DNA of 64,000 nt, from NCBI GenBank assembly GCA_964016885.1, contig OZ024751.1, forward strand, positions 39,928,001 through 39,992,000, given 5' to 3'. The notes below the pieces were generated by a model. The model saw only the letters and a list, made by a program, of their open reading frames with translations. It did not search any database and was not told where the DNA came from. Of this stretch, positions 1 through 12,025 are shown piece by piece. Positions within the stretch are counted from its first letter, which is position 1; each line of letters begins with the position of its first letter. Both the position numbers and the translations under genes were made by a program. The DNA is from Eledone cirrhosa (lineage: Eukaryota).

Positions 1-1750
1 ACATATATGTGTTTATGTGTGTATGTATGTGTCTGTGTATGGTAGGACATGTACATATATGTGTGTATGTGTGTATGTATGTGTCTGTGTATGGTAGGAC
101 ATGTACATATATGTGTGTATGTGTGTATGTATGTGTCTGTGTATGGTAGGACATGTACATATATGTGTGTATGTGTGTATGTATGTTGGGACATGTACAT
201 ATATGTGTGTATGTGTGTATGTATGTGTCTGTGTATGGTAGGACATGTACATATATGTGTGTATGTGTGTATGTATGTTGGGACATGTACATATATGTGT
301 GTATGTGTGTATGTATGTGTCTGTGTATGGTAGGACATGTACATATATGTGTGTATGTGTGTATGTATGTTGGGACATGTACATATATGTGTGTATGTGT
401 GTATGTATGTGTCTGTGTATGGTAGGACATGTACATATATGTGTGTATGTGTGTATCTATGTTGGGACATGTACATATATGTGTGTATGTGTGTATGTTT
501 GTATGTATGTTGGGACATGTACATATATGTGTTTATGTGTGTATGTATGTGTCTGTGTATGGTAGGACATGTACATATATGTGTGTATGTGTGTATGTAT
601 GTGTCTGTGTATGGTAGGACATGTACATATATGTGTGTATGTGTGTATGTATGTGTCTGTGTATGGTAGGACATGTACATATATGTGTGTATGTGTGTAT
701 GTATGTTGGGACATGTACATATATGTGTGTATGTGTGTATGTATGTGTCTGTGTATGGTAGGACATGTACATATATGTGTGTATGTGTGTATGTATGTTG
801 GGACATGTACATATATGTGTGTATGTGTGTATGTATGTGTCTGTGTATGGTAGGACATGTACATATATGTGTGTATGTGTGTATGTATGTTGGGACATGT
901 ACATATATGTGTGTATGTGTGTATGTATGTGTCTGTGTATGGTAGGACATGTACATATATGTGTGTATGTGTGTATGTATGTGTCTGTGTATGGTAGGAC
1001 ATGTACATATATGTGTGTATGTGTGTATGTATGTGTCTGTGTATGGTAGGACATGTACATATATGTGTGTATGTGTGTATGTATGTTGGGACATGTACAT
1101 ATATGTGTGTATGTGTGTATGTATGTGTCTGTGTATGGTAGGACATGTACATATATGTGTGTATGTGTGTATGTATGTTGGGACATGTACATATATGTGT
1201 GTATGTGTGTATGTATGTGTCTGTGTATGGTAGGACATGTACATATATGTGTGTATGTGTGTATGTATGTTGGGACATGTACATATATGTGTGTATGTGT
1301 GTATGTATGTGTCTGTGTATGGTAGGACATGTACATATATGTGTGTATGTGTGTATGTATGTGTCTGTGTATGGTAGGACATGTACATATATGTGTGTAT
1401 GTGTGTATGTATGTGTCTGTGTATGGTAGGACATGTACATATATGTGTGTATGTGTGTATGTATGTTGGGACATGTACATATATGTGTGTATGTGTGTTT
1501 GTATGTGTCTGTGTATGGTAGGACATGTACATATATGTGTGTATGTGTGTATGTATGTTGGGACATGTACATATATGTGTGTATGTGTGTATGTATGTGT
1601 CTGTGTATGGTAGGACATGTACATATATGTGCGTATGTGTGTATGTGTGTGTGTGTGTGTGTGTGTATGTGTCTGTGTATGGTAGGACATGTACATATAT
1701 GTGTGTATGTTTGTGTGTGTGTGTGCGTGTGTGTATGTGTGCGTGTATGT
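1..1750. repeat. Compound minisatellite of 52-bp and 40-bp units (ggacatgtacatatatgtgtgtatgtgtgtatgtatgt + gtctgtgtatggta or tg) with a 380-bp higher-order period
   Basis: Unit starts read directly; order L-L-L-S-L-S-L-S recurs at about 513, 893 and (partly) 1273. Confidence 0.95.
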
Positions 1751-1799
1751 ATGGTGAAATATGTAGATATGTGTATACATATAACATTGCTGTATACTA

Positions 1800-1922
1800 G
1801 TTGCAACAGCAACAACAACCGCAAATGCAACCACAAAAACTACAACAACAACAACTACAACAACCACAACAACCACAACAACCACAACAACCACAACAAC
1901 TACAACAACAACAACAACAACA
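1800..1922. repeat. (CAA)n-type trinucleotide microsatellite
   Basis: acaacaacc/acaacaact runs. Confidence 0.9.
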
Positions 1923-2070
1923 TTTCCTTAACTATCAACTTCGGAAACTACAGATTGAGGTGAAATCACAGGAAAAGGAAGGAAGAAAAAGTAGATATAT
2001 ATAATATATATATTATATATATTATATACTATATATATTATATATATTATATATATTATATATATTATAT

Positions 2071-2173
<103 letters not shown>

Positions 2174-2320
2174 AATATATATAATATATAATATATAATA
2201 TATATAAAAGAAAAGTACATATATATAATAAAGTAAGAAATCACCAACGGCAGAAGTGGAACAGGTTCTATAACTTGGGCGTTGGTCTTTCAGATGACGA
2301 TTAAGGGAGCTAACACACAC

Positions 2321-2366
<46 letters not shown>

Positions 2367-2486
2367 GTACATACATATATATATATACACATACATATAT
2401 AGATGTTTATATATATATAAGTGTATTTGTATGCATGCATATATAAAAATATATACATACGTATATCTATTTATATATATGCCTAC

Positions 2487-2537
<51 letters not shown>

Positions 2538-2901
2538 ATTTTTTTTCTTGGAGTTAGCAGAAAAAGTGAAAAAAAATTAGAGAAAAGGAATTCTATTTTA
2601 TTCTTAATGAAATATAAACCGTGAGAAGAGCAGATACGAAACTCAACCGGAAGTTAGGGAGTGGTTACCAATGAAAATTCTAAAGCTGACAGTTGTGAAA
2701 CAATAAAAATATATTCGTAAAAACCCTTTACACAGCGATTCCTTTTTTAATACATCATGTTTCTCTCCTATGATGTTTTAGAAACATCATGTTTCCCCTC
2801 GTGTGATGTTTGAACATACAACACGTCCTGGTAGATACAAACACATATATCACATCGCCACGGTACTTTCAATGGCGTTTGTGTGTATGTAGATGTGCAC
2901 A

Positions 2902-2943
<42 letters not shown>

Positions 2944-3029
2944 AAAGTGCTATTTAAAATTGTTGGGATACAACAAGTAAATATTTTATAACTGATATAA
3001 AGCACTCGACAAGTTTTTGGAGTAGATAT

Positions 3030-3165
3030 ACGATTTATTTATAAAACTGTTTATATATAGTATTTTGTCTGATGAAGGCATACCATATTTTAATTTGGTA
3101 TCCCTGAAATATGTATAATGAAATAAATATGGTTTTATAAATATAGTTTCCATTTATTTAATATC

Positions 3166-3168
<3 letters not shown>
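3030..3168 (+). mobile_element. HHR-bearing short element, family C (Penelope-like pLTR or retrozyme-like), in (TA)n
   Basis: Homologous to 13210-13350(-) and 41770-41915(+); ends ...atagtttccattt...aatatcg then (TA)n. Confidence 0.7.
3061..3125 (+). ncRNA. Type I hammerhead ribozyme motif (family C)
   Basis: tattttgt-CTGATGA-aggcatacca..tggtatccct-GAAA-tatgta-TA-atgaaata; stem I 8 bp with GU pairs, near-palindromic stem III. Confidence 0.75.
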
Positions 3169-3226
<58 letters not shown>

Positions 3227-3310
3227 AAACTATAGTGATTTACAGAGGTTGAAGAGAATGGATTGTTCGTTTTCCTGGTGTTTTTCCATTGTCCTTGTCT
3301 TGTGTGTCCC

Positions 3311-3376
<66 letters not shown>

Positions 3377-3378
<2 letters not shown>

Positions 3379-3530
3379 CCAATTCCAACCCGACCGTCCC
3401 TTCAATATATCTTATTTCTCATTCTTTCTTCTGATGAAGGGCTAGCGCCGAAACGTTAAGACCCTCTTCCTGCTATATCAAGCGTTAACCTAATATATCC
3501 CTTCCATATACTGTACCGATTGTGTTGTGT
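3377..3530 (+). mobile_element. HHR-bearing short element, family A, flanked by (TA)n on both sides
   Basis: Near-identical to 16112-16290(-), 51609-51775(+) and 21055-21145(+). Confidence 0.75.
3427..3461 (+). ncRNA. Minimal type I hammerhead motif (family A)
   Basis: tctt-CTGATGA-agggctagcgcc-GAAA-CGT-T-aaga; palindromic ACGT stem III, typical of dimer-forming minimal HHRs of Penelope-like elements. Confidence 0.75.
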
Positions 3531-3595
3531 ATATATATATATATATAACATATGTATATAACATATATATATATATAACATATATATATATATAA

Positions 3596-3774
3596 TAAAG
3601 AAAGTGTGGTAAGATACCAGGTGGTTCATAACGCCCCTGAGTACACAATACTTTGATACTTAGGGTAGCAAAGTGGGTCATAGAAAAAGAGTCAGGGCCC
3701 CGACGGTAGAGCTCCGACCGTCTCGACAACTAGATCCGAAACGGCCGGAGCTCTGCCGTCGGGGTCCTGACTCT

Positions 3775-3779
<5 letters not shown>
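3596..3779 (-). mobile_element. Family B element with terminal fold-back and 3' half of an HHR
   Basis: Homologous to 3816-4001, 41930-42077, 48651-48797, 55497-55684; inverted arms 3682-3728 and 3737-3778. Confidence 0.7.
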
Positions 3780-3815
<36 letters not shown>

Positions 3816-3816
<1 letters not shown>

Positions 3817-3998
3817 CGAAGGAAATGTGGTAAGGAACCAGGTGGACCATAACGCACCAAAGTACTCAATACTTAGGGTAGTAGAGTGGGTAATAGGAAC
3901 GAGTAGGACCCCGACGGCTGAGCTCAAGCCGTTTCGACGGCTAATTCAGAATTAGCCGTCGAAACGGCTTGAGCTCAGCCGTTGGGGTCCTACTCGTT

Positions 3999-4001
<3 letters not shown>
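3816..4001 (-). mobile_element. Family B element with near-perfect ~105-bp terminal palindrome
   Basis: aggaacgagtaggaccccgacggctgagctcaagccgtttcgacggctaattc|a|gaattagccgtcgaaacggc...tcgttcct, flanked by (TA)n. Confidence 0.75.
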
Positions 4002-4059
<58 letters not shown>

Positions 4060-4063
<4 letters not shown>

Positions 4064-4410
4064 CGTTTCTGAATTTGTTTAGCAAGATTCTTTATCTGAA
4101 ATCGTGTGTTGAAACCGATATTGTTATACTTTGAACAGAAACACACAGAAACAAAATGGCGTAGGACAGAACAAAGGAGAGGCACAGAAACAAAGAAAGG
4201 AATCCCCAGTCACTGAAGAGGTCACAGAGTGTGTGACGAAAGAACTATGACTATTTATAAACAACTATCTGGTTGTGTAACCAACCAACCAACCAGAAAT
4301 TTATAAATTTATAAATTTATTATAAATTTATTATAATAAATTGAAGAGAAAGCAACTGGTGCGTGTGTTTCTTATTGGCAACATGACCCTCCCAAAGTAT
4401 AACAATATAT
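4060..4410 (+). mobile_element. HHR-bearing element, family D, with an inverted copy of its 3' tail at the 5' end
   Basis: 4060-4132 is the reverse complement of the tail beginning aaagtataacaatat (4394), whose continuation is seen in the relative at 6155-6212; (TA)n on both sides. Confidence 0.65.
4208..4252 (+). ncRNA. Type I hammerhead ribozyme motif (family D)
   Basis: agtca-CTGAAGA-g-gtcac-agagtgt-gtgac-GAAA-gaac-TA-tgact; stems I and II perfectly complementary. Confidence 0.85.
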
Positions 4411-4639
4411 ATATATATATATATATACATATATATATGTATATGTATATATATATATGAATGTATCTATGTTATGTGTTTCAGAAATATACATCAGTGT
4501 AAAGAGGTGAGAGATCGGTGAGAAAAACAGCAGACCGGTGCCTTCGAATATATAAACTTTCAGGTATATATTGCACCCGATTCGATTAAGCTGGCATGTA
4601 CTTTTTTATCAAGCAAATGTCGATAAAATCGAAACCAGG

Positions 4640-4760
4640 ATATGACTGGTACATTATTTATCGTCTCTAGAAGGATGATAGGTAAAGTCAACGTCAATGT
4701 GATTTAAGCTCAGAATATAAAGTGCTGGAGCACACAGTGCCAATCATTTCGTCCGACTAT
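4640..4760 (-). mobile_element. Old degenerate copy of SINE family 1
   Basis: actggtacattatttatcgtctctagaaggatgataggtaaagtcaac matches the SINE core. Confidence 0.55.
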
Positions 4761-5514
4761 CAAGTGAAAACAACAACATATGGCTCCGATACTTAAATTT
4801 TGTTTTCTTTCCTTCTTATTGCCTGATGTTTTATTTTAAATGTGACAGGTTTGTTTATTATATTTTATTATTATTCCTATGGATATACGGTTATTATTTC
4901 TGCCACCTCTTATGACTTCAGATTGAAATGTGTGCAATAAATTACTTCTCTAAAACATTGTATATTTTATGTTACATATCATGTATTATATATTATATAT
5001 TTTATGTTATTATGTATTTTATGTTATATATTATATATTATTTATTATATGTTATAAATTAAAATTGACAACATGATTAGAGAAATTTGCTTAGCTGGCT
5101 TACCGACATTAAATATTGAAACAACTTAAAGAAAATAGCGGAGAAAAACCAATTTGGCTTCAAGGAATGATTTATAGCAAGCTCTCAATCACAGCTTGCA
5201 GGAATTATATTTTTAGCTTAATGTCCACTAATAGAAGATTGCTGAATTCCAACTGCTGTATTATTTAAGAGGATTTTTAAAGGAAGTTGAATTGAAATAT
5301 TGTTTTTAAATTTTTCAGTTTGTAAATTTGAAATGCGTTTTTTCAATGTTAGGTAGTCATAATGGCTAATCATTTATATCAAATCAACATTTCCTTACTG
5401 GTGACAATATATGTAAAGCTATTTATTATAAATGTAATCCACACTCACCTGTGTTTGTGTATTTGTCTATATAGAAAAATAGGCAAACTGCTATACACGA
5501 TAAACACTGATACT

Positions 5515-5557
<43 letters not shown>

Positions 5558-5660
5558 GTGACATGTACAGGTACTTAAGTGTCTTTGGGTTATTCACCCC
5601 AACTCATTCAGACTGTCATACAATTAAAAATGGCTCCCCACTATGGATATTTTAGAATAT

Positions 5661-5853
5661 AATAATTGTTTCTACTTTTAGCACAAGGCCAGCAATTATC
5701 CCAGCGTATTACTGCTACTTTTATTTTATCGACCCCGTAAGGATGAAAGGCAAAGTTAACCTCGGCGGGATTTGAACTCAGTCCGTAAAGGGACGTAACT
5801 GTGCTGCAAAGCATGGCGTCCGACCCTCTACCGATACTGCCAATCCACCGCCC
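5661..5853 (-). mobile_element. tRNA-derived SINE family 1 (full length)
   Basis: Head ggcggtggattggcagtatcggtagag, B box gagttcaaatcc, core aactttgcctttcatccttacggggtcgataaaataaagta, tail ggccttgtgc..gaaacaattatt. Confidence 0.9.
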
Positions 5854-5916
5854 TTTTTTAAAATATAATAGTACTTTAGAATATAATAATAAAACTGAAG
5901 TGTGTGTGTTTTTATT

Positions 5917-6155
5917 GGCAACATGACCAACCCCAAATATATTGACAACATGACCAACCCCAAATATATTGACAACATGACTAACCCCAAATATATTGAC
6001 AACATGACCAGCCCCAAATATATTGACAACATGACCAGCCCCAAATATATTGACAACATGACTAACCCCAAATATATTGACAACATGACCAGCCCCAAAT
6101 ATATTGACAACATGACCAGCCCCAAATATATTGACAACATGACCAGCCCCAAATA
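5917..6155. repeat. 27-bp minisatellite (caacatgaccarccccaaatatattga), about 9 copies
   Basis: Direct reading; flanks homologous to the family D tail. Confidence 0.9.
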
Positions 6156-6246
6156 TAGCAATATCTGTTTCAACACTCAACTTCATATCAAGAATATTGC
6201 CAAACAAACACATAAACGTATAGCTTACTATTGCTGGCTTAAAATT

Positions 6247-6461
6247 GAATGGTTTCTGATTTAGGCACAAAGACAACAATTTTGGAGGAGGAGGAGAAAG
6301 TCTATTAGATCGAACCCAATGCGTTATTGGTACTTTATTTTATCGACAACGTGAGAATAAAAGGCAAAGCTAACCTCGGCGGGATATGAACACAGAACGT
6401 AAAGGACCATAAATTCTATGCTGCACGGCATGTTGTCCGACGCTCTACTGATACTGCCAAA
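6247..6461 (-). mobile_element. SINE family 1, diverged copy
   Basis: Core and head similarity to the other copies. Confidence 0.8.
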
Positions 6462-6889
6462 CCTTAATGTATATGATATACACTAGCTGATTAAACTGAT
6501 TTTACCGACAAGACCAGTAAAATTCTAACACGACACTGACTGATGAGCGGAGGAGTATGTGGTTGTGCCAGAAACTTTTAATTAATAAATCTATGGCTGT
6601 CTGAAATAAAAATAACTATAAAAACACATCGTAGCAACCTTGTGGTTGCATGTAAAGTGGACGTTGACATACGTGATGCTGTGAGTCAAAAAAAACTTTT
6701 GATTAATTAATTAATTAAGATAACACTCTTAATGAAAAGAAAACTTCATTATCTTAATTATTGATTCTGGTCAAGAAACGCAACTGATTATCACAAAAAG
6801 AATTTTAGTAATTTTGGCAGCAATTTTTAAAAACTAAGCACAGACTATCTCAGAAGCTGTGGTTCTGTATTATTGTAAAACTGAAATTA

Positions 6890-7320
6890 GTGTAATTATG
6901 TCATGGAAGAGTCGTTTCAACTAGAGCTATACATGCCTGATCTGAGACTGTATTGAAACTAATGAAATTACATCATGGAACGGTCATTTTAGCCTCAGTT
7001 CTACTTCTCTGGCAAGTGACATGGTCTGGGATTGTGTGTTGAACCTAAAACAATTACAAGATGGAAGAGTCGTTTCAACCACAGTTGTACATGTCTGACG
7101 TGTGAATTGATCTGAGACTGTGTTGAAATTAAATCAGTTACATCATGGGAGGGTAATTTTAGCCACAGTTGTACCTCTCTGACAAGTGACGTGGTCTGAA
7201 ACTAAAGTTTCAACACACAGTCTCAGATCAAGTCACTTGCCAGACATGTACAACTGCGGCTAAAATGACTCTTCCATGGTGTAATTCTTTTAGTTTCAAC
7301 ACGGTCTCAGATCAAGTTAC
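6890..7320. repeat. ~80-bp degenerate tandem repeat (about 4 units) followed by inverted units
   Basis: catggaagagtcgtttcaac...gatctgagactgtgttgaaa units; the reverse complement begins near 7208. Confidence 0.7.
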
Positions 7321-7659
7321 TTACAACTCTGACATTAAATGAATGTGAATAATACATACAGTGAAATATATTCTATACAGTGTTTGAAGCATTCGCATGA
7401 CATTTGTCGATGCAGAGCAACAGGACTATTAAATTAAGGGAATTGATATGGAATATCTACAACGCAGTAATGTTAGTATGCCAAAATAAAACAGAAAGAA
7501 AATGGCACATTTTTAATCAATTTTGCCTTCCGTAAGAAAACTTAGGATGTGTTGAGCTTCCCAGTTCATGTGTTGAATAATATATTTTATATTTTATCTT
7601 ATCCGTTCTTTTGTTACATCTCCCAGTTGTTAAATACACACTATTGTTGACTCTATACA

Positions 7660-8705
7660 CACGTGTGTGGAGGAGAAGGGTTTCTGTGTGTGGGTGGATG
7701 TGAGTGTGGCGGTGTGCGGTGTGAGTGTGGGTGCATGTGTGTGTGGAGGAGAAGGGTCTCTATGTGTGGGTGGATGTGAGTGTGGGGGTGTGCGGTGTGG
7801 GTGTGAGTGTGGGTGCATGTGTGTGTGTGGAGGAGAAGGGTCTCTATGTGTGGGTGGATGTGAGTGTGGGGGTGTGGGTGTGTGTGTGTTTGAACATATG
7901 TATGCATGTGTATGTGTGGGTGTAGGTGTACGTGTGTGTGTATGTGTGTGAACATATGTATGTATATGTGTGGGTGGGTGTAGGTGTGTGTGTGTGAACA
8001 TATGTATGCATGTGTATGCATGTGTATGTGTGGACGTCTGTGTGTGTGTGTATGTGTACGTGTGTGGACGTGTGTGTGTGTGTGTGTGTGTGTGATACGA
8101 TAAATTGTGATATATGTTGTAGTATTAAAATTGTTTGTATATATATATGTGTGCATATGTGTGTGTATCCGTCTGTTGTCTCTATGCGTATATGTGTATG
8201 TGTGTATATATATATATGTGTATGTGTGTATATAGATATATGTATATCTGTATGTATATGTGTATGTGTATGTATATGTACATGTGTATTATTGTCTATG
8301 TGTGTGTGTATGTGTGTATGTATATGTATATGTGTAAGTATGTCTATGTATGTGTATGTGTATGTAAATGTGTATGTATGTATATATGTATATGTGTATG
8401 TATGTGTATGTATATGTGTATGTATGTGTATGTATGTATGTATGTGTGTGTATGTATGTATGTATGTATGTATGTGTGTATGTATGTATATATATATATA
8501 TGTGCATGTATGTGTATGTATGTCTATGTGTATGTGTATGTATATCTATGTGTGAATATGTGTATGTGTGTATGTATATGTGTATGTATGTGTATGTATA
8601 TGTGTATGTATGTGTGTGTATATGTGTATGTATATCTATATGCGTATGTATATGTATATGTGTATGTATGTATGTGGATGTATATCTATATATGTGTGTG
8701 GTTGT
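7660..8705. repeat. Complex (GT/ATGT)n microsatellite region with a ~88-bp tandem unit
   Basis: Low-complexity TG/TATG; ggaggagaagggtctctatgtgtgggtggatg occurs three times. Confidence 0.9.
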
Positions 8706-8817
8706 ATGATGCAATAAATCACGGTATGAACTAATGACATTCAGATCGGTCGATTATATAATTGAAGTTTAATATATACGACTTTTATGCTGATAATATT
8801 AATTTTTTTTTTTTCTT

Positions 8818-8995
8818 TTTTCTACTTTAGGCACAAGGCCAGCAATTACCCAGTACATTACTGGTACTTTATTTTATCGACCCCGTAAGGATGAAAGGCA
8901 AAGTTAACCTCGGCCGGATTTGAACTCAGATTATAAAGGGACGTAACTATGCTGGAAAGCATGTCCGACCCTCTACCGATACTGCCAATTCACCG
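8818..8995 (-). mobile_element. SINE family 1 with TSD gataatattaat
   Basis: Core match; direct repeat at about 8792 and 8995. Confidence 0.88.
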
Positions 8996-9031
8996 ATAAT
9001 ATTAATATTATACGACTACGTGTATATATGA

Positions 9032-9180
9032 TACAGTAGACTTCTGCTAACGAACGGGTTTCGTAATGAACACCATGGTAACGAATTGTTTTTGATTTTT
9101 AATGGATTTCGTTACGAATGAAACTATGGTAACGAACGATTTCCAGAAATAGCAAAATTCCGTTTTGGCTCACTTTCACA
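9032..9180 (+). mobile_element. Possible pogo/Tigger-like MITE end
   Basis: TA-cagtagacttctgctaacgaac with repeated taacgaa subterminal motifs; no partner TIR found. Confidence 0.3.
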
Positions 9181-9256
9181 AATAAATCGATAAATTTAAA
9201 TAGAATTTTCTTTCTTTGAATTTATTTATTTTTGATATTTATTACTTTATTATTAA

Positions 9257-9446
9257 TGCTTGCAGCATAGAGTTACGGCCCTTTATGATCTGAGTTCAAA
9301 TCCAGCCGAGGCTAACTTTGCCTTTCATCCTTACGGGGTCGATAAAATAAAGTACCAGTCACACACTGGGGTCGATTTAATTGACTTTCACACACACACA
9401 CACACCCAAATTGATGGCCTTGTGCCTATATAAGAAACCATTATTA
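9257..9446 (+). mobile_element. SINE family 1, 5'-truncated, TSD attattaatgcttg
   Basis: Core match; direct repeat at about 9250 and 9440. Confidence 0.85.
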
Positions 9447-9454
9447 ATGCTTGT

Positions 9455-9520
9455 GAGATTTCCCAGCTCTAGCATCACTCCTTCATCGTCAGACTATGAA
9501 CGTTTCAGCTGACCCTCGTA
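9455..9520 (+). mobile_element. 3' end of a mariner-type MITE
   Basis: ctctagcatcactccttcat...tatgaacgtttcagctgaccctcgTA, shared with 30840-30896. Confidence 0.55.
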
Positions 9521-9528
9521 TTAATTTT

Positions 9529-9704
9529 AGCAGTATCGGTAGAGGGCCGGACGCCATGCTTTGACGCATAGAGTTACGGCCCTTGTCATTCTGAGTTTAA
9601 ATCCTGCCGAGGTTAACTTTGCCTTTCATCCTTACGGGGGTTGATGAAATAAAGTACCAGTAATGTACTGGGATAATTGCTGGCCTTGTGCCAATAGTAG
9701 AAAT
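9529..9704 (+). mobile_element. SINE family 1
   Basis: Core and tail match. Confidence 0.88.
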
Positions 9705-9984
9705 AAGGATTCGTTGAGTGTAGACTTTCGATATTGATTGAGGATTTGGAAGAATATACTGGTATGAATATAAATACAACCTGTTATATTAATATTATAA
9801 ATGGTATTACCACTATAAGATTGTGTAGACATATACGATTTCTCATATAATAGTAACATAAATTTTATTGATGACATTGTGGCGTGATCAATTATATTAG
9901 TGGTGTTTAATATATATTCCTGTTTCCATATTAGTTTTATGTCATCATGTTGACTGGTCTTAAATAATAATAATGGCAGCAAGA

Positions 9985-10385
9985 CAAACAACAACTAAAA
10001 CAACTGTAGTAACAACAACAACTACAACTGTAGTAACAACCAACAACTACAACAACTGTAGTAACAACAACTACAACTGTAGTAACAGCTACAACTACAA
10101 CAACTGCAGTAACAACAACTACAACAACTACAACAACTATAACAACTACAACAACAACAACTACAACAATTACAACTTCTACAGCATTTAAAACAACTAT
10201 AACAACTACAACTACGACAACAACAACTACAACAGCAACAACTACAAATGGAACAACAACGACAACTACAACTCCTACATCAACAACTAAAATAACTACA
10301 ACAACTACAACTATAACAACTATAACAACTACGAAAACTGTTACAACAACTATAACTACAACAACAGCAAACATCGCTACCAACA
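9985..10385. repeat. (ACA/ACT)n degenerate trinucleotide tract
   Basis: Direct reading. Confidence 0.9.
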
Positions 10386-10494
10386 GTTCACTGGTGTGGT
10401 ATTTCATTTTACTTAATGGCCGTGTGAAAGATAAGTATCACTCGAATTCATTTTCACTTGTCAAATCAGATCTATAAATTTTGAGATGATCATT

Positions 10495-11510
10495 ATAGAT
10501 TGCTCTAGATTGCTCTAGATTGTTCTAGATTGCTCTAGATCAAAGGTTCTCAACAGGGGGCATATGCACCCCAGGGGGCGTTTCGGAACTCCAGGGGGGC
10601 GTTTGGGAGCAAGGTCCCGTTAGGGGGGCGTTTGGAGCTGGGGGAGGAGGGTTAGGGGGCGCTGGAAGGCTCTTTATTTTGGTAAGTTTTATAAGCCATA
10701 TTTGTATGTCTTTGAGACAGCAAGTGTGAATGCATTTGAATGAGCTTGCAGACAACATAACTATAGTCTGACCACAGCTGTGAGCAGGTGTGCAGGCATG
10801 TCCGGTAATTGAGACGTTAACCGGTAATTGAGATCCTAAAAATGAAAAAACCCACAGTCAACTGGGTCAAAGACACTTTGAGCACAGCCAGTTAGAATCT
10901 TATCTTTCCTTCACTGATAACAATGTATTTCATGTCTGAAATTATTGACTCAACAGTAACAAGTTAACACTATGTAGATCTATTTTATTCCCTATTGTAT
11001 AAATAATATTACAAATAAAAAAAAAGAAAAGAAAAAACAGAAGCGAGTAGCACACACATCTAGGACCCATATACAACACATAAGCAGGTAATACACGCAT
11101 CTAAGACCACATACAACACATAAGCAGGTAATACACACATCTTTGGAATATTGTTAATCAATTTTTTAGTAATCTACTGATATAAAAATCAGTAGTATAT
11201 TGAAAAATGGAAAAATAGGGGGGGGGGGGCGTTTCGTGATTTCGATGGACAAAAGGGGGTGTTTGGCCTAAATGGGTTGAGAACCTGTGCTCAAGATTGT
11301 TCTAGATTGCTCTAGATTGCTCTAGATTGCTCTAGATTGTTCTAGATTGCTCAAGATTGCTCTAGATTGTTCTAGATTGCTCTAGATTGTTCTAGATTGT
11401 TCTAGATTGCTCTAGATTGTTCTAGATTGCTCAAGATTGCTCTAGATTGTTCTAGATTGCTCTAGATTGTTCTAGATTGTTCTAGATTGCTCTAGATTGT
11501 TCTAGATTGC
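10495..11510. repeat. 10-bp minisatellite (tctagattgY)n, interrupted by a hAT-type element
   Basis: About 4 units left of 10541 and about 22 units right of 11289. Confidence 0.9.
10541..11289. mobile_element. Non-autonomous hAT (Charlie-like) DNA transposon, 749 bp
   Basis: TIRs caaaggttctcaac / gttgagaacctgtg; 8-bp TSD ctctagat / ctcaagat fits the NTCTAGAN preference; subterminal ggggcgttt motifs; no ORF. Confidence 0.8.
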
Positions 11511-11829
11511 GTCTAGTTCCTGTCAGACTGATTCAACAATTATCCCGTTTATTAGCATTTCCAAAATATAAATAGTTTATTAGTTTCTCTTTATAGGTAA
11601 GTTATAGTTTCCTAATCACAGGTAATTTATTAAGTTTTCTAAATGTAAGCAATTTACCGGGAGTTTTAAATAAAGGCAATCTATTTATTTCTAAATACAG
11701 GCAATTTTTTAAATTTCAAAATAGGGGCAATCTGTTGTTTTTTTTTTCAATACAGGCAATTTATTTAGTTTTTGAAATGTAAGTAATTTACTGCGATTTC
11801 CAAATATCAAGCAATTTATGTTTCCGAAA

Positions 11830-11926
11830 TGCAAGCAACAACAACAACAATAAAAAGGACAGCGACGATGACGACAACGATGATGATGACAACGAAGACA
11901 ACAACAACAACAAAAACAGCAACAGC

Positions 11927-12000
<74 letters not shown>

Positions 12001-12025
12001 ACATGACGACGACGACGACAACAAA
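11830..12025. repeat. (ACA)n microsatellite
   Basis: Direct reading. Confidence 0.95.

Noticed and set aside
1801-2004. Poly-Q ORF
   Set aside because: (CAA)n microsatellite with a non-ATG start and no splice or homology support.
6536-6590. CTGATGA...GAAAC hammerhead-like motif
   Set aside because: No convincing stem I, II or III pairing.
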